A DNA stretch of 64,000 nucleotides, from positions 62,001 to 126,000 of IMG/VR virus record IMGVR_UViG_3300018475_001996, one strand, 5' to 3'. A program made the translations under genes and the position numbers. The notes under the pieces are model-generated. The model did not search any database and was not told where the DNA came from. It saw only the letters and a program-made list of their open reading frames with translations. Below are positions 19,549-28,343 of the stretch, one piece after another; position 1 is the first letter of the stretch; every line of letters starts with the position of its first letter. Source of the DNA: an uncultured virus (IMG/VR IMGVR_UViG_3300018475_001996). Taxonomy: Duplodnaviria > Heunggongvirae > Uroviricota > Caudoviricetes.

Positions 19549-19901
19549 TAGTTAACCTTTTCCTTTCGGCCCTTCTTTGCCGGACGAGTTTCAACTACTT
19601 CAGCCGGAACTTCGTTTCTATTCTCAAGAGATTCCAATAATTGCTTCTGCATTTTAATTGCATTGAGAATATTCTGAGATTCCTTGGTAAGAAGGTCTTG
19701 ATTCAAGTTATATTCTTCTTCTGTAAGTCCCAAGAGATTCTTCAACACGAATTCCTGTGAAAGAACTGGAATACATTCTCCACTTAAGCTAGGCATGAAC
19801 GGTGCAAAAATTCCCAAAAGACCTGCAATCTTTTCTGAACGTTCGAAATCAAATTTCTTTGATTCTTTCTTTGTTGTTTTTGTTTTCTTTGTAGTTTTCA
19901 T
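19548..19901 (-). CDS. hypothetical protein with a segment resembling the T4-like portal C-terminal region
   Basis: LSQEFVLKNLLGLTEEEYNLNQDLL. Confidence 0.5.
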   Translation of the reverse strand: MKTTKKTKTTKKESKKFDFERSEKIAGLLGIFAPFMPSLSGECIPVLSQEFVLKNLLGLTEEEYNLNQDLLTKESQNILNAIKMQKQLLESLENRNEVPAEVVETRPAKKGRKEKVN

Positions 19902-19963
19902 AATATTGCAAATATAGTAAATATTTTTTAACCAATTTTATTTTGTCTTACAAACTTCTGAAA

Positions 19964-21061
19964 TTAAAGGATTTCAAAATACGGTGCATATTTTTCCATG
20001 ACTTCAATAACCTTCTTGTAATCAATCTTATTAAGATTCTTCGGAAGGTCCATACCGCCCTTGTTAATCAAATCGCCACAATTTGCAAAATAAAGAAGCT
20101 TCTTTTCTTCACGACAAATTGTTTCCTGCTGAATTACAAGATTAAATTCCTTCTTAGGAAGATACTTCTTGAAATTGGAAATATACTTCGTATAAACAGA
20201 CTTCAATTCTTCAGCATGTTCAGGATCCGTAGTTGCAGAAAGCATCAAAATACCGTTATTGACATATTCAATTACTCCAGCACGAGACTGATATGCAAGA
20301 CCACGCTTTTCTCGAATTTCATGATAAAGCGGAGAAGTCAACTTACCGTTAAGCATTTCAAGGGCAATGACTACATACGGATAATCCTTCTTGGAAACCG
20401 GCTTCTTACAGATTGCAAAAACAGTTTCTTTTTCAGGAGCCGGAACAGGCATCAAGCTAACCTTATAATCCTTCTTCCAACGAAGCTTTGTTGTAATTTC
20501 AGGCATCTTGGTCAAGAACTTAACCTTTACGCCAGTTGTCTGGCGAGGGCCGACTTCAACAATACGAACAGGTTTGAAAAGTTCCTTAAAAAGCTTCTTA
20601 GCGTCTGCAAGAGTAAAATTCATAATATCTTCAGTCTTGCCAAGAACGAAATCGTTATTGAAATGTTGACGAAGCAGGTTATGAAGCTTACCTTCTACAG
20701 GACGGTTAAATGCATCCAAAATTTCCTGGTAAACAATCTTTTGTTCTTTTTCGAAAACTTCCTTTGTGACATAAGTATCGAAACCGGTAGTAACACGTTC
20801 AATAAGCAACTTCTTCCATTCCGGAGTAAGATACTTATCCATGCCAGTAAAATGAACTACGAGCAAATCTGTGCTTGTATAGGCATTAAAATCGATGTTA
20901 TATTTCTGAAAGTCATCAAATTGGTCTTGAATAGTATTCGTAATCAAGTGTTCCATCAAATGATGACAACCATGCTGACCATCTTTTTCATAACTAGAAC
21001 CTGCCTGGAATACGATATACAAGCCAGTCTTCTTAAAAGATTTCTTCTTATAGATATACAT
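19964..21061 (-). CDS. M16 family (inverzincin) zinc peptidase
   Basis: HLMEH, FNAYTS, EKEQKIVYQEI, SPLYHEIREKRGLAY. Confidence 0.92.
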   Translation of the reverse strand: MYIYKKKSFKKTGLYIVFQAGSSYEKDGQHGCHHLMEHLITNTIQDQFDDFQKYNIDFNAYTSTDLLVVHFTGMDKYLTPEWKKLLIERVTTGFDTYVTKEVFEKEQKIVYQEILDAFNRPVEGKLHNLLRQHFNNDFVLGKTEDIMNFTLADAKKLFKELFKPVRIVEVGPRQTTGVKVKFLTKMPEITTKLRWKKDYKVSLMPVPAPEKETVFAICKKPVSKKDYPYVVIALEMLNGKLTSPLYHEIREKRGLAYQSRAGVIEYVNNGILMLSATTDPEHAEELKSVYTKYISNFKKYLPKKEFNLVIQQETICREEKKLLYFANCGDLINKGGMDLPKNLNKIDYKKVIEVMEKYAPYFEIL

Positions 21062-21070
21062 TGTTTTTCC

Positions 21071-21565
21071 TTATATTTTTTCAACCGTTACGCCATTTCG
21101 TTCAAGGAACTGAATTCCTTTAGACCCACGGTCATATTTGTTTACGTACATGACATTCTTGATACCTGCGGCATAAATAAGTCTTGCACACGATTCACAA
21201 GGTTCATGAGAAATAACCATAGAAGCACCGGTTATATTCATTGTCCATTTCAAAGCATAGCCGAGACAGCTTTGCTCTGCATGGATTTCTTGTTCATTTG
21301 CGAATTCATGATGTTTAGCTCTCCATTCCATTTCTGGAACTTCCTTCCACTCTTCTTCCTTATTATCTCGCAGATAAAACTTTCCGTTTTCAGATTTGAA
21401 AATTTCGTTACAGTTAATTTGTCCTGCTGGAGTACCATTGTAGCCACATGAAATAATACGGCCTTTTTCAACGAGCAATGCTGCAACTTTCATCCTAGAG
21501 CATTTACTAAGAGCTTGATATTCCTTAAGAACTGTTTTATAAAGATGTTTATATTTTAATTCCAT
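21071..21565 (-). CDS. dCMP deaminase
   Basis: GYNGTPAG, HAEQ, HEPCESCARLI. Confidence 0.93.
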   Translation of the reverse strand: MELKYKHLYKTVLKEYQALSKCSRMKVAALLVEKGRIISCGYNGTPAGQINCNEIFKSENGKFYLRDNKEEEWKEVPEMEWRAKHHEFANEQEIHAEQSCLGYALKWTMNITGASMVISHEPCESCARLIYAAGIKNVMYVNKYDRGSKGIQFLERNGVTVEKI

Positions 21566-22074
21566 AAAATAGTCCTCTTCGTAGAAAGAGTTTTAGAATA
21601 GTTTTTAATTTCAGAAAGATAGATTCTTACGAGTTGACTTTTATCCTTTATGATATTTCCATAATCATCTTCATGACTTCCTTGAAATACTTGGCCACTC
21701 ATAATTTTCATGTCAATTAAGCTAGAAATATATCCGCAATTCGGCATATATAATTCTGGCGAACCTTTATAAGCCAAAATTGATGGGATCTTTCTAAATT
21801 TGTTAACTGCATTTGTTGATTCGCCAGCGCGATTTCGAACCGTAATAGTAAGATACGATTCTGCAAATTCTCCTTGTGCAGTTTTAATTTGAACAGGAAA
21901 AGTGTTTGCCGTAAGTTTATTTACAACTACAGCATCTATTCCAGCTATATCCGCTTTTGACTTATTTTCCATTTGGACAATAGTAAAATATTTGTTATAA
22001 AGTAAATTCAAATTTTGTATAATAGATGCCTCATCGGCTAATCCATTAGCACGACCCTTATTGGTATTACCCAT
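21556..22074 (-). CDS. PD-(D/E)xK nuclease-like protein
   Basis: ADIAGIDAVV...FPVQIKT; start at MGNTNK after a GAGGA SD. Confidence 0.6.
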   Translation of the reverse strand: MGNTNKGRANGLADEASIIQNLNLLYNKYFTIVQMENKSKADIAGIDAVVVNKLTANTFPVQIKTAQGEFAESYLTITVRNRAGESTNAVNKFRKIPSILAYKGSPELYMPNCGYISSLIDMKIMSGQVFQGSHEDDYGNIIKDKSQLVRIYLSEIKNYSKTLSTKRTILWN

Positions 22075-22151
22075 ATATAATTTCCTCATTAAATTGTTAA
22101 AAGAAAACAAAATAATAGGAAGTTTAATTCCTATTATTTTGCAATTAAGAT

Positions 22152-22763
22152 TTAGAATATTTCTACCCATGCACTCTGCGGAAGATGATTAACTGTAACA
22201 TATGCCGTACATTTAATCGCTCCATTTCCAGCAGTTTTTTGAGCTGCAATATTCTTTATTTCTTTCTTCAACTTAGAGTCCGACATTGCATAGTCCCATG
22301 CAGCATCGGCATCAACTACGAACATTCTCGACCAATCCTTACTTACGCAAAGGTAAAGAGAAAATCCGTCATTTTGATGGAAATCATATAAAGAGGAGAC
22401 GGGAATCGACCCAGCTACATAAGACGGAAGACCTTTACCAGTATCAACCATATCACAGGATGCTACTTTAAGATCTACACGAAATCCGTTTTGATACCAG
22501 TCACCGTTTGTTCTATCGAAATCGGTAAATTCCCAGTTGTTCTTATCTTTAAGATGTTTGCTATACTTTACAAGATACTCAGGATTCTGAGTCTTATGCA
22601 AAATATTGATTTGCGGAGCAACCTTCTTAACGATGCTGATAAATCCCTGTTCTTCAGAATTTCCGTACGTATTCGGAATTACCGTAGGAGGATTTGCAAT
22701 ACATGCACCCTTAATTAAAGTTGAACTTCCATTAAACAATGTAGTAACGATGTTACCATTCAT
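22152..22763 (-). CDS. PD-(D/E)xK nuclease-like protein
   Basis: EEQGF...DRTNGDWYQNGFRVDLKVAS. Confidence 0.5.
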   Translation of the reverse strand: MNGNIVTTLFNGSSTLIKGACIANPPTVIPNTYGNSEEQGFISIVKKVAPQINILHKTQNPEYLVKYSKHLKDKNNWEFTDFDRTNGDWYQNGFRVDLKVASCDMVDTGKGLPSYVAGSIPVSSLYDFHQNDGFSLYLCVSKDWSRMFVVDADAAWDYAMSDSKLKKEIKNIAAQKTAGNGAIKCTAYVTVNHLPQSAWVEIF

Positions 22764-22878
22764 TTTATTACTTTGCGCCAAACCACTTTTAGCGACTTCA
22801 AGATGAAAGAATGAGTTTATACCGTTATTGGTAGTTCGCTCACCCGAACGTAGTGGTAACGTTCGGTTAGATGAAACC

Positions 22879-23733
22879 TTACTTTATATTTTTTATTATA
22901 TTGGTATATTCAATTAAATTGACCATTAAGAGCGAAATACCAGAATTCATAGCGAATTCATTAAACTTCTTTGCTCTCGGTTCAGGAACATATTCAAAAG
23001 AATTAACTACTCGTTTAATTGCTTCAGTATATTCCGTTGGTATATTTTCAAATGAAATAAGCTTAGAATTCAACATGAACTTTTCAGTAAGTTGATTTTC
23101 TTCAAGCCATTTATCGAGCTCGCCAGAATTAACAATCTTTTCAGCAGTCTTAATTCCAACGCCTTTTTTAATTCCCGGAATATCATCGGATTTATCGCCT
23201 GTAATAATCTTGACAAGCAAATCTGTTTCCGGATTCAATGTACTTAAATACTGTTTTTTTATCCCGTCGTACTGGTGATAATTTGCGCAAACAAAAAGTT
23301 GCATAAAGTCTCTGTCAGAAGAAACATTATAGCATTCCCATTCAGGATGGGATTTGACAATAACCGAAATCTGGTCATCAGCTTCGGTCTTGGGTACATC
23401 TACGAAATAAATATTCGTACCTTCAAATGCAACCTTCAAGCGTTCGAGCAAATCACTCCATACTGCAAAAAATGCGTCGAAATTAACGATTGACGCAGAA
23501 CGCTTTGCGGCACGACTGGCTTTATAACCTTCAAAAATATCTTTACGCCAGCTACTTCCATCAATACAACAAAAAACCCTATTAGGATTAATTTCACTAA
23601 TAGCCTTAAAGAATGATGAAAAGAATGTCGCCTTAAATAACATGAACTCCTTTTCTTCTGGTCCAGGAGTTTGCGCAAATAAGCAGCGCATAATCATGTT
23701 TGAAATATCGAGGGTCAATATCTTGTTGTTCAT
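22879..23733 (-). CDS. rnh: T4-type RNase H / 5'-3' flap exonuclease
   Basis: LDISN, SSWRKDIFEGYKASR, EADD, SSDRDFMQL, GDKSDDIPGI. Confidence 0.92.
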   Translation of the reverse strand: MNNKILTLDISNMIMRCLFAQTPGPEEKEFMLFKATFFSSFFKAISEINPNRVFCCIDGSSWRKDIFEGYKASRAAKRSASIVNFDAFFAVWSDLLERLKVAFEGTNIYFVDVPKTEADDQISVIVKSHPEWECYNVSSDRDFMQLFVCANYHQYDGIKKQYLSTLNPETDLLVKIITGDKSDDIPGIKKGVGIKTAEKIVNSGELDKWLEENQLTEKFMLNSKLISFENIPTEYTEAIKRVVNSFEYVPEPRAKKFNEFAMNSGISLLMVNLIEYTNIIKNIK

Positions 23734-23774
23734 GTCCTCAAATATAGGTAAAAATAATTTTTTAGTTTTATGCT

Positions 23775-24266
23775 TTATGGCATTTTATCTGACTTTTTAA
23801 CATGGCTCATTATGCAACGGCCAATAAAGCCTTCAATATCGCTGACATCGGTATCAATATAATAATATTCCTTTTTCAGCTCTTCAATACTTCCATAAAA
23901 ATACTTCTTAATATAGCATTGAGTATTTACATCAACCATGGAATATCCAGAATTGTTGACAAAAGTATAATAATTGAGCATTTCATTTCCGTTATAGTAT
24001 TCGCGGACTTTGAATGCCTGACTTATAACACCTTCCGTATTTACCTTATTATACGTATTGGTATCGATTACATATTCATAAAGGTTTTGCTTCATGTCGA
24101 TAACCGTTACCTTAGTTTTTGTAGCGGAAATCTTAGATTCAGTAGGCATTACTGCACAATACCGAATATCATCGACCGCAGTGCATATTGCATAGGTATT
24201 GAATGTCTTAGCCTGTGCGAAAATACAAACTACAGAAAAAAGAATAGGTAATACGAACTTAATCAT
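23775..24266 (-). CDS. exported protein with signal peptide
   Basis: MIKFVLPILFSVVCIFAQA. Confidence 0.7.
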   Translation of the reverse strand: MIKFVLPILFSVVCIFAQAKTFNTYAICTAVDDIRYCAVMPTESKISATKTKVTVIDMKQNLYEYVIDTNTYNKVNTEGVISQAFKVREYYNGNEMLNYYTFVNNSGYSMVDVNTQCYIKKYFYGSIEELKKEYYYIDTDVSDIEGFIGRCIMSHVKKSDKMP

Positions 24267-24305
24267 ATTACCTAATATAGAAAAATATCGTAATTTTGTA
24301 AATAG

Positions 24306-24431
24306 TTAAATTAAAGCGAACATAACGATAATACCGCCAATCAATCCTACAAGGATAATAGTCGCTATTATCTTCAGCGCCAATTCTTCTATACCGCCGC
24401 CGAATAGATTTTTATCTTCGTCTTTTGTCAT
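24306..24431 (-). CDS. 41-aa single-TM peptide (not in ORF track)
   Basis: MTKDEDKNLFGGGIEELALKIIATIILVGLIGGIIVMFALI directly after uvsY. Confidence 0.6.
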   Translation of the reverse strand: MTKDEDKNLFGGGIEELALKIIATIILVGLIGGIIVMFALI

Positions 24432-24435
24432 ACAA

Positions 24436-24852
24436 TTAACCTGTTGTATAAAGCATTTTCTTATAGTCTAAATAATTCTTAATAGTAAATCCAAGATTCT
24501 TAATATTCGTCAATGTTTCTTCGATAAAATCAAAGTAATACTTCTGTGTATCGTATTCTTTTACTGCTGCAAGATATTTCGGATCCTTATAAATTTGGGA
24601 TTCGATTTCTTTTGTAGTTCCCCAGCTCACATTATCGTTAAACTTATAATAATAATAGCATTCTCCATATATCTTATTCAAATTAACCTTGAGCTGAGAT
24701 ATAAGATACTTTTGTGTCGTATATAGTTTTGTCCATTTCTGAACAGTAGAAGGTAAAAGGTTATTTACTTGCATTACCTGTTCAATATTGTCAGGCAATG
24801 CAGTATCTTCTTCAGCGTATTTCTTTAATGTCTCAAAATCTTCTACTTTCAT
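24436..24852 (-). CDS. uvsY: recombination mediator UvsY-like
   Basis: 138-aa helical protein; KW...YYYY...KEIESQIYKDP...GFTIKNYLDYKK pattern. Confidence 0.75.
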   Translation of the reverse strand: MKVEDFETLKKYAEEDTALPDNIEQVMQVNNLLPSTVQKWTKLYTTQKYLISQLKVNLNKIYGECYYYYKFNDNVSWGTTKEIESQIYKDPKYLAAVKEYDTQKYYFDFIEETLTNIKNLGFTIKNYLDYKKMLYTTG

Positions 24853-24994
24853 AACTTATCCTTAACAATTAAATATAGCAAAACTGTAACAAATAGTTTA
24901 CAACCTATATATAAAAGTTCTATGATTTTTAAAACGACAGAATATTTTATTTTTAGTTAAAAAAATTTTTACAAAAACTTTCTATTATTGTTTT

Positions 24995-25345
24995 CACATA
25001 TTCAAGTCTGATTCCTCGGAACGAAAACCAATCCAATGGAATTATCGGTAGAGGGTCAGCCATTGAAAACTTCAGATACGGGTTTTCCAGAAATGAGCTG
25101 GAATATCGTTTTGAAATATACTCGGTAACAGCTAGTGAAAGTATCAGCGAAGTACAGATTAGCAATCTGCACGTTTAGCCGCCATGGTTTTAACGGATGT
25201 AGCCGAAGTACAGGATGACCGCCTCGTAAGCCGTTATGTAAATCCCTAAAGATTGACGATGAAGCTTTATACCAAAAGTGGAATAGTCATAGTCTGGAAG
25301 TTCCTTCTAGGCTTATGATCTCTGAATCGCATTACCCAAAAGATA
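24995..25345 (+). ncRNA. candidate structured non-coding RNA
   Basis: About 550-bp gap without a credible gene; several stems including a G-U-containing one; terminator at 25359-25386. Confidence 0.4.
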
Positions 25346-25358
25346 GAACAGATAAAAA

Positions 25359-25386
25359 TAAAACCTAGTTTAACAACTAGGTTTTA
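25359..25386. terminator. bidirectional terminator
   Basis: aaaacctagtt-taac-aactaggtttt. Confidence 0.7.
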
Positions 25387-25404
25387 AAATTAAAGATATT
25401 TGAA

Positions 25405-25554
25405 TTATTCTACTGATAAATCGATTTCATCAGAAAGTTCTTGTAATTCATCAAGCTCTTCTTCAGAATATTTCTTTTTCTTCTTATTCAAGACTGTTTC
25501 ATCAATCTGAATCGAATCCAACTCGACGAAATTTTCTTCTGTATTATACATCAT
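25405..25554 (-). CDS. 49-aa acidic peptide (not in ORF track)
   Basis: AAGGAG SD; MMYNTEENFVELDSIQIDETVLNKKKKKYSEEELDELQELSDEIDLSVE. Confidence 0.65.
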   Translation of the reverse strand: MMYNTEENFVELDSIQIDETVLNKKKKKYSEEELDELQELSDEIDLSVE

Positions 25555-25564
25555 AAATTTCTCC

Positions 25565-26425
25565 TTATTTTAACTCACCGATAGGTTCTTCTTTTCTAAT
25601 CATGCCCTTAGGGAATCTTGAATCTCTATAATATTTTGTCATATCCCTACTTGCACGAATATTAGTGAATTCTTCCGGTTTCAATGTTGGCCATTCTCTG
25701 GTCCATTTTCCTTTATAATAACTAGGTATACCAGCTTCGCTTGCAGATTTTCCATCCTTTATAGCATTTAGGATTTTATTAAGCTGTGTGTTATTTTTAG
25801 AAATACAGAAATAGCAAGTTCCCAAAGGACCGCCTTCAACTTTTACAATAACGTTTTTAAGACAGAAATCAACAACGTACTTTTTATCCATCATTGCAAC
25901 GCCAGTTTCTGTATTTTGAACCGCATATCTTTCAATATTGCCAAGTTCTGGATATTTAAGCGACATTTCATCTGCTAATTGTTTCCAAACACCAGTATGA
26001 GCAGTTTCGGCAGTATTATTCAGAATCTGGCGATAACGTGTAATAGCACGATAGCTTAAAGCACGTCTAGCGGCATCCCATTCAGCTTCCGTAAAACCTA
26101 CAACGCAGTCACGGTAATAGTGAAGCATTTCATGAACAAATGTATTTCTAAAAGCGGCAAAAGTACCACAAGCATTGATATTAAGTTTAATTTCGACACC
26201 TTCAACTTTACTTTCGTAAACATTCGGTCTCGGTCTAAAATAGCCATGAACACTTGTACCCTTGAACCAGCCTAATGAAATCGGTTGAAGCTTACCTCCG
26301 AAGTAAGTATCGTTAAATTCATTAAAATACTTCTTTAACGCTGCGTCATTCTTTTCGAATTCTTCGCCGGTATCTGGGTCTGTAAGCTTAAAGCTTTCGT
26401 CTAATAAAAATTCTTCATTTTCCAT
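25565..26425 (-). CDS. SprT-like zinc metalloprotease, late gene
   Basis: FNEFNDTYFGGKL, TFVHEMLH, HTGVW; CATAAATA 26430-26437. Confidence 0.8.
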   Translation of the reverse strand: MENEEFLLDESFKLTDPDTGEEFEKNDAALKKYFNEFNDTYFGGKLQPISLGWFKGTSVHGYFRPRPNVYESKVEGVEIKLNINACGTFAAFRNTFVHEMLHYYRDCVVGFTEAEWDAARRALSYRAITRYRQILNNTAETAHTGVWKQLADEMSLKYPELGNIERYAVQNTETGVAMMDKKYVVDFCLKNVIVKVEGGPLGTCYFCISKNNTQLNKILNAIKDGKSASEAGIPSYYKGKWTREWPTLKPEEFTNIRASRDMTKYYRDSRFPKGMIRKEEPIGELK

Positions 26426-26432
26426 ATTATAT

Positions 26433-27248
26433 TTATGACAATTCTTCAACGAAGGTAATGAACTTCATCGGAATGTTTTGGTTAGTAAAGCATGCACATG
26501 AAGACAATTCGTCATCGTCGTCGAATTCCGGATCTTTATGAACAGGCCAGTTTTCAGGAAGGTCGATTCTGTACATATACATCTGCGGCATTGATTCATC
26601 ATGGTCTTCTTCCCATTCAATGACTATCTGGCCGAACATAGACTGTGCGAGGTTGTACATTTCGTCATTAAGCTTATGCTGGGCTGTTCTTACGTTCGTG
26701 TCTATATCTATATCACCTCTGAGGATAAGGACCTTTAAAGCCATCTTACCGTTAATCATATAGATACGAGGAGGATAGTTGACCTTCATAGACTTCCTCT
26801 TACAACGAAGACCACCGGTTTTGACCAAATCATCCGGCGATGCACTGCTTATATGATAGAACTTCGTAAAATCGAGTTTTCCAAGGAACTTATTGAATGT
26901 AGCCATATATTCCTTGTTTTTGAAAAGCTCAAGTTCGTAATAAGGCTTTACATTATCGACATCTTCTCTTCCTTGGCGGAAAATAAGTTCATCTGTCGTA
27001 TATTGTCCTTTAGAATTGACTAGAGAACAATCATCCCAACCGTTAGCGGCGAAAAACTTCGAAATTTCGTCGACTTCAAGTCCTTTATCCGTTAAGGTTG
27101 AAATTGCGAACTTAACTTCCATGCCGTTCAAAATGAGACGCTTTGCACAGTCTTGTAATGGAATATGAAATCTTACTCTGAACTTCTTTACTAATTCAGG
27201 CAAATCTACAAATTTAAGCGATTCTGTCAAAATATTTAAAAGTCTCAT
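26433..27248 (-). CDS. ADP-ribosyltransferase/Tpt1-like fold protein (paralog 1)
   Basis: FYHIS...GGLR...YPPRIY...YRIDLP...KDPEF...CACFTNQNIPMKFI. Confidence 0.55.
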   Translation of the reverse strand: MRLLNILTESLKFVDLPELVKKFRVRFHIPLQDCAKRLILNGMEVKFAISTLTDKGLEVDEISKFFAANGWDDCSLVNSKGQYTTDELIFRQGREDVDNVKPYYELELFKNKEYMATFNKFLGKLDFTKFYHISSASPDDLVKTGGLRCKRKSMKVNYPPRIYMINGKMALKVLILRGDIDIDTNVRTAQHKLNDEMYNLAQSMFGQIVIEWEEDHDESMPQMYMYRIDLPENWPVHKDPEFDDDDELSSCACFTNQNIPMKFITFVEELS

Positions 27249-27971
27249 TTATTCTCCAATCATTTTCTTTAACTTTTGAATTGTATCTGCATATTTATCA
27301 TTAGAACTTACGAGTTCAATCCAAGAAGGGTCAATCTTATGCGTTGTAAAACAGGCACCAGTCGAAACTTCTTCTTCTAACTCTGTATATTCCGGGTCTT
27401 TATAAACTTTTACTGTATCTGGCAATCTTACAAGGTAAATATTCTTGCCATACGGTCTCATTGCTTCGATGACATAGTAAACATTGTCCCAAAATTCAAA
27501 CTTATTCTTTGTATGTGCTGCAATTTCTTCGAGACTCCAAAGATATACACGAGCTTCGTTATAAATCGGACCAACCTTTGTATCGTTAGGATGTTCGTCG
27601 TCCCAGCTGTTATACTTTGCCGGACGAAATCCAATCTTAGAAAATACTTCAATATTTCTATGTGCGGCACGAAGATATAAACCGTGGAATTTCTTGGCGA
27701 ACTTGGAATCTGTCTTATATTCTGTTTTAGAATTTCTCAAAACCAATGACCAATCGCTATAGGCTCCGATTCTCCAGCCATAAGCGTCCAATAGTTCATC
27801 GAATTCTTTAACAGTGTATTTAATCTTGTCAAAAATGGAAGGATCCATTTCAATAACACCGTCGTTTTCGTCAAGGACATAATGTGCCACATCGATTCCT
27901 AGTTTTCCCTTTAGGAATCCAACCAACTGCTGTGGTGTTGTTGTATGTGTAAGAAATTCAACTAGACGCAT
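27249..27971 (-). CDS. ADP-ribosyltransferase/Tpt1-like fold protein (paralog 2)
   Basis: LYLRAA...IGFRP...YNEARVY...YLVRLP...KDPEY...GACFTTHKIDPSWI, colinear with paralog 1. Confidence 0.5.
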   Translation of the reverse strand: MRLVEFLTHTTTPQQLVGFLKGKLGIDVAHYVLDENDGVIEMDPSIFDKIKYTVKEFDELLDAYGWRIGAYSDWSLVLRNSKTEYKTDSKFAKKFHGLYLRAAHRNIEVFSKIGFRPAKYNSWDDEHPNDTKVGPIYNEARVYLWSLEEIAAHTKNKFEFWDNVYYVIEAMRPYGKNIYLVRLPDTVKVYKDPEYTELEEEVSTGACFTTHKIDPSWIELVSSNDKYADTIQKLKKMIGE

Positions 27972-28273
27972 TCTTTACCTATAATCATCTTGACATTTTT
28001 CTCAATTTCATAAGTCAAAGTTTCTGGGACAATCGGAAGAACCTTTATTGTACTGTCGTCAATAACCATGGTAACATGACTGTTTCCGAAAATATAGTAG
28101 AAGTTAATTTCAGTTCCGCATTCTTCAATCGAAAGTGAAAGTGCTTTCGTACTTTTATTTTCATTTGTTTTTGACATTATAACGTTTCTATCTCGAATAG
28201 CCTTGTCCATATCGACAAAAACTTTCTTGACATTATCGTAATTGAGTGCTCGCCAGTTTATATTGTCGTTCAT
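27962..28273 (-). CDS. hypothetical late protein
   Basis: TATAAATA 28278-28285, 4 nt before the ATG. Confidence 0.65.
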   Translation of the reverse strand: MNDNINWRALNYDNVKKVFVDMDKAIRDRNVIMSKTNENKSTKALSLSIEECGTEINFYYIFGNSHVTMVIDDSTIKVLPIVPETLTYEIEKNVKMIIGKECV

Positions 28274-28343
28274 ATCATATTTATAAGTATAAAAAGAGCA
28301 TAGAACTTTTCATCTATGCTCTTAAACTTAAAATTTATAGTTG

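Noticed and set aside
24953..25165. 70-aa minus-strand ORF
   Set aside because: Non-ATG start, no SD, downstream of a terminator and inside the structured region.
24995..25345. tRNA, tmRNA, RNase P or group I intron
   Set aside because: No T-loop GTTCGA cloverleaf, GAGGAAAGTCC or clear P7 elements, and no interrupted gene; kept only as an unknown ncRNA candidate.
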